NCBI GenBank assembly: GCA_016287565.1
Contig: JAEFAM010000001.1
Span: forward strand, 137,344 to 201,343
DNA from: Clostridia bacterium
Lineage (GTDB): Bacteria > Bacillota > Clostridia > UBA1212 > UBA1255
DNA length: 64,000 bases
Reading direction: 5' to 3'
In this document: piece after piece, positions 61,150 to 64,000 of the stretch
Layout of the letters: every line of letters starts with the position of its first letter
Numbering within the stretch: position 1 is the first letter of the stretch
The notes under the pieces: model-generated
The model's database searches: none
Seen by the model: the letters and a program-made list of their open reading frames with translations, nothing else
Told to the model about the DNA's origin: nothing
Program-made: the position numbers and the translations under genes

Positions 61150-62127
61150 ATGATCGAGATCAGGAATCTCACGAAAAAGTACGGCCAGTTCCTTGCCCTG
61201 GACAACGTCTCTTTCGACGTTAAGAAGGGCGAGATAATGGGCTTCCTGGGGCCCAACGGCGCCGGAAAATCAACAACCATGAACATTCTGACGGGATACA
61301 TCCCCTGCACGTCCGGCACCGTAAAGGTAGGCGGCTTCGAGATAATGGAAAACCCGAAGGAAGTTAAAAGTCAGATCGGTTACCTGCCCGAGATCCCGCC
61401 GCTCTACGGCGACATGACGGTGGATGAATACCTGAAATTCATTTTCGAACTGAAATCCGTGCCCCTCAACCAGCGCAAAAGACAGATGGACGACATCCTT
61501 TACCTGGTGAAGATCGGGGACATGAAAAAGCGCCTTATAAAGAACCTCTCCAAAGGATACCGCCAGCGCGTGGGATTTGCCCAGGCCCTCGTCGGAAATC
61601 CTCCCGTGCTCGTCCTCGACGAACCCACGGTGGGACTTGACCCGAGCCAGATCGTTGAGATCCGCAAGCTCATATCTTCCCTGAGGCACGACCACACCAT
61701 AATACTCAGTACACATATATTGTCCGAGGTCAACGCCGTGTGCAGCTCCGTCGTAATGGTCAACCACGGCAGGATCGCGGCCAAAGGCAGCGTCTCCGAC
61801 TTTACCGCCTCCGAAGGCTCCGTGAACAAGTTCATCATCAGCGTCGTGGGCAATAAAAACGCAATCCAGAAGACCATCTCCGAGGTCAGCGGCGTCAGGA
61901 ACGTCACTTTCCTCCGGGTGGACAAGGACGCCGCGCTGTTCAATGTGGAATCGTCCAGGAACGTTGACGTCCGCCGCCCGCTGTTCAACGAACTTGCCCG
62001 AGCCTCGCTTCCCGTGATCGAACTGAGGCCCGTAGGCAGGTCCATGGAAGAGATATTCATTGACATCGTAAACAACGACAAATACGTTTCCGAGACCGCG
62101 GGAAACGAGAGAGGGGAGGAAGACTGA
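61150..62127 (+). CDS. ABC transporter ATP-binding protein (ABC-2/GldA-like).
   Basis: Walker A GPNGAGKSTT, signature LSKGYRQRV, Walker B VLVLDEP. Start chosen at the ATG with upstream GGAGGT. The ORF extends to 61063. Confidence 0.8.
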   Translation: MIEIRNLTKKYGQFLALDNVSFDVKKGEIMGFLGPNGAGKSTTMNILTGYIPCTSGTVKVGGFEIMENPKEVKSQIGYLPEIPPLYGDMTVDEYLKFIFELKSVPLNQRKRQMDDILYLVKIGDMKKRLIKNLSKGYRQRVGFAQALVGNPPVLVLDEPTVGLDPSQIVEIRKLISSLRHDHTIILSTHILSEVNAVCSSVVMVNHGRIAAKGSVSDFTASEGSVNKFIISVVGNKNAIQKTISEVSGVRNVTFLRVDKDAALFNVESSRNVDVRRPLFNELARASLPVIELRPVGRSMEEIFIDIVNNDKYVSETAGNERGEED

Positions 62128-62834
62128 TGGGCACTATCTATAAAAGAGAAATGAACGCGTACTTCCGTTCTCCCGTGGCATACACCATCATCGCGCTGTT
62201 CATGCTGATGGTGGGCCTGTTCTTCTGGGTTCGGAATCTGCTGTACGCCTCCACCGACTTCTCCGGCGCCCTTTCCATGACGTCAACGTACCTCACGTTC
62301 CTGATGCCCACGCTCACCATGAAGCTCCTTTCCGACGAACGCAGGAACGGCACCGAAGTGCTGCTGCGCACTTCACCCACGCCGATGTGGAAAGTTGTAG
62401 TCGGCAAATACCTGGCCGCCCTTACCCTCTACGGCATAATGGTGGCATTGACGGCGATCTACCCCATCGTGATGACGTTCCTTTCCGAAACCGGCATCCC
62501 CGTGGGCAAGACCTTCGGCGGCTACGTAGGCTTCTTCCTGCTGGGCGCCACCTATCTTGCCATCAGCCTCTTCGCCTCCTCCTTCACGGAGAGCCAGGTG
62601 GTGGCCGCGATCTCCGGCATCGTGGCGCTGCTGGTGCTTTACTATATGCAGTCCATAGGCGCCACCATAGGAGGCACCTTCGGATCCATACTTCAGTGGC
62701 TCTCTCCGCTGAAGCGCTATTCCGACTTCTCGCTGGGCGGCTTCAACATCGCCTCCCTTGTATTCTATCTCACGTTCTCCGGAATGATGGTGTTCCTCTC
62801 CGTGCTGAACGTGGAGCGCAGACGCTGGCAGTGA
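62127..62834 (+). CDS. ABC-2 family transporter permease (GldF-like).
   Basis: 235 aa, 6 TM. ATG overlaps the ATPase stop (TGATG). Confidence 0.8.
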   Translation: MGTIYKREMNAYFRSPVAYTIIALFMLMVGLFFWVRNLLYASTDFSGALSMTSTYLTFLMPTLTMKLLSDERRNGTEVLLRTSPTPMWKVVVGKYLAALTLYGIMVALTAIYPIVMTFLSETGIPVGKTFGGYVGFFLLGATYLAISLFASSFTESQVVAAISGIVALLVLYYMQSIGATIGGTFGSILQWLSPLKRYSDFSLGGFNIASLVFYLTFSGMMVFLSVLNVERRRWQ

Positions 62835-62847
62835 GGGGGTGTGTGAA

Positions 62848-64000
62848 ATGAAGAAAAAGAACGAACTTGATTATTTCGAGGCCCTCGAGAAAACGGAAGA
62901 TCCCGGAAACGGGACCGAAAAGAAAGAACGCATTTCACAGACGCTCCGCAGGCGTTTCCGCTACGGCAGCAATATGATAGTGTTCGCCATACTCGCCATA
63001 GTAGTGTTCATCGTGCTGAACGTGGTGCTGGAAAGATTCTCCACGCCGTTGACCATCGATATGACGTCTGAAAAGCTCTATACCATCGGCGACGTGACGA
63101 AGGAGAATATGGAGGGCCTGGAGAAGGACGTGGAGATCATTGCCCTTTACGACCGCGTGAAGGGAGAGGCCGACACCCAGAAGATGTCCATAATCAAGAT
63201 ACTTGACCTGTACGACCGGTTCGAAAAGATACACGTGTCCTACGTCGACCCGGACGCCAACCCCAACTTTATCCTTGATACCGTGGGCAAGATCAACGCC
63301 AATTCCTATTCTTCCGGCGACTACATCGTCAAATGCGGCGACAAGACCCGGCGCCTGGCGGAGAGCGACATGTACGTGACAACGACTCAGACGTACAATA
63401 GTATGTATTCGTACCAGGTCCAGAGCGGCATGCAGGCCGAGAAAAAGCTGACCACCGCAGTGCTCTATGTTACCGCGGAAGTGTCTCCCGTGGTCTACTA
63501 CGTTACCGGCCACGGCGAGGAGGCCATCGAATATTACTCCATGCTGCTCACGTATATCGAAGGGCTGGGCTGCGACGTTAAAGAACTCGATATGGGAAAG
63601 ATCACCGAGATGCCCGAGGACGCCGCGGTGGCCATAATGATGGGCCCCAAATTCGACATTTCTCCCTCCGAATCCGTCATGATCAGGCAGTGGCTTGAGC
63701 AGAAGGCCGGACAGCTGGCGGTGGCAGTGGATCCCCTGCAGAGCGGCACGGAATTTGCCAACCTGAACGGGCTTTTAGAGAGCATGTTCGCCATCACGCT
63801 GAACAACGACCAGGTGTCCGACGACGAATACAGGATCGCCGCCGCGGGCAACGCATTCTCCTTCCTGGGACAATCCGTTTCCAACGGCCCCATCGAGAAT
63901 TCCAGCGTATACCAGGTGCCCATCTTCAACTCCCGCTCCGTCAACGTGCTGAACATCGACGAGACTTCCGCCGGTATAACCCACTATCCCATCATCCAGA
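62848..64000 (+). CDS. GldG-like ABC-transporter auxiliary protein (N-terminal TM plus large extracytoplasmic domain). 3' end truncated by the window edge.
   Basis: Open frame from ATG 62848 (RBS GAGGGGG) to the window end, read by hand. MIVFAILAIVVFIVLNVV TM. ...EKLYTIGDVTKENMEGL...VEIIALYDR pattern. Confidence 0.7.
   Translation, partial: MKKKNELDYFEALEKTEDPGNGTEKKERISQTLRRRFRYGSNMIVFAILAIVVFIVLNVVLERFSTPLTIDMTSEKLYTIGDVTKENMEGLEKDVEIIALYDRVKGEADTQKMSIIKILDLYDRFEKIHVSYVDPDANPNFILDTVGKINANSYSSGDYIVKCGDKTRRLAESDMYVTTTQTYNSMYSYQVQSGMQAEKKLTTAVLYVTAEVSPVVYYVTGHGEEAIEYYSMLLTYIEGLGCDVKELDMGKITEMPEDAAVAIMMGPKFDISPSESVMIRQWLEQKAGQLAVAVDPLQSGTEFANLNGLLESMFAITLNNDQVSDDEYRIAAAGNAFSFLGQSVSNGPIENSSVYQVPIFNSRSVNVLNIDETSAGITHYPIIQ

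Overview
This is a high-GC Firmicutes/Clostridia-like chromosomal segment. It is gene-dense, mostly on the + strand, and has no rRNA, tRNA, CRISPR array, transposase or integrase. The content is mainly carbohydrate utilisation and cell-surface genes: an NPCBM-repeat surface protein, two paralogous GH36-like hydrolases, a GH29 alpha-L-fucosidase, a GH78-like hydrolase, xylA plus a sugar kinase, a DUF4091-like lipoprotein, a CE15/CE7-like esterase, an SGNH hydrolase, and a 2133-aa secreted adhesin-like protein with beta-helix and CnaB-like domains. Housekeeping genes include thrC-hom-lysC on the minus strand, an IspD/TarI-family cytidylyltransferase, iorAB, ybaB-recR, rpsO-pnp, a Zn/Mn-type ABC importer, a TIGR01212 radical SAM protein, an LCP protein and a terminal ABC-2/GldG-like transporter. 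The most unusual signal is a modular dispersed repeat family, seen in at least 10 copies between 18.5 and 39.3 kb. It has four modules: A with core GACAGACTTG, B CGTGCCGTCAAACGGTTC, C AATTTTGGAAAGACAAAATTCTTACCCGTCTAAACGGCTTCGCG, and D AATAAGGAA. Copies fill intergenic regions, and five modules are also inserted in-frame inside four coding sequences (a TrmH-family methyltransferase, an FGGY kinase, a GH36-like hydrolase and a radical SAM protein) without breaking the frame. This resembles RPE/Correia-type intragenic palindromic elements and looks undescribed for this kind of genome. Other notable features are an XRE-HTH::sigma70-region-4 fusion regulator with a membrane partner, flanked by two copies of a tRNA-T-arm-like hairpin motif; a TTTCCCGGGAAA palindrome family in two intergenic regions; and two tandem-repeat arrays (3x43 bp, about 5.5x83 bp) around the DUF4870 and rpsO genes. 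All functional calls rest on motif recognition in the translations and visible sequence structure. No database search was possible.
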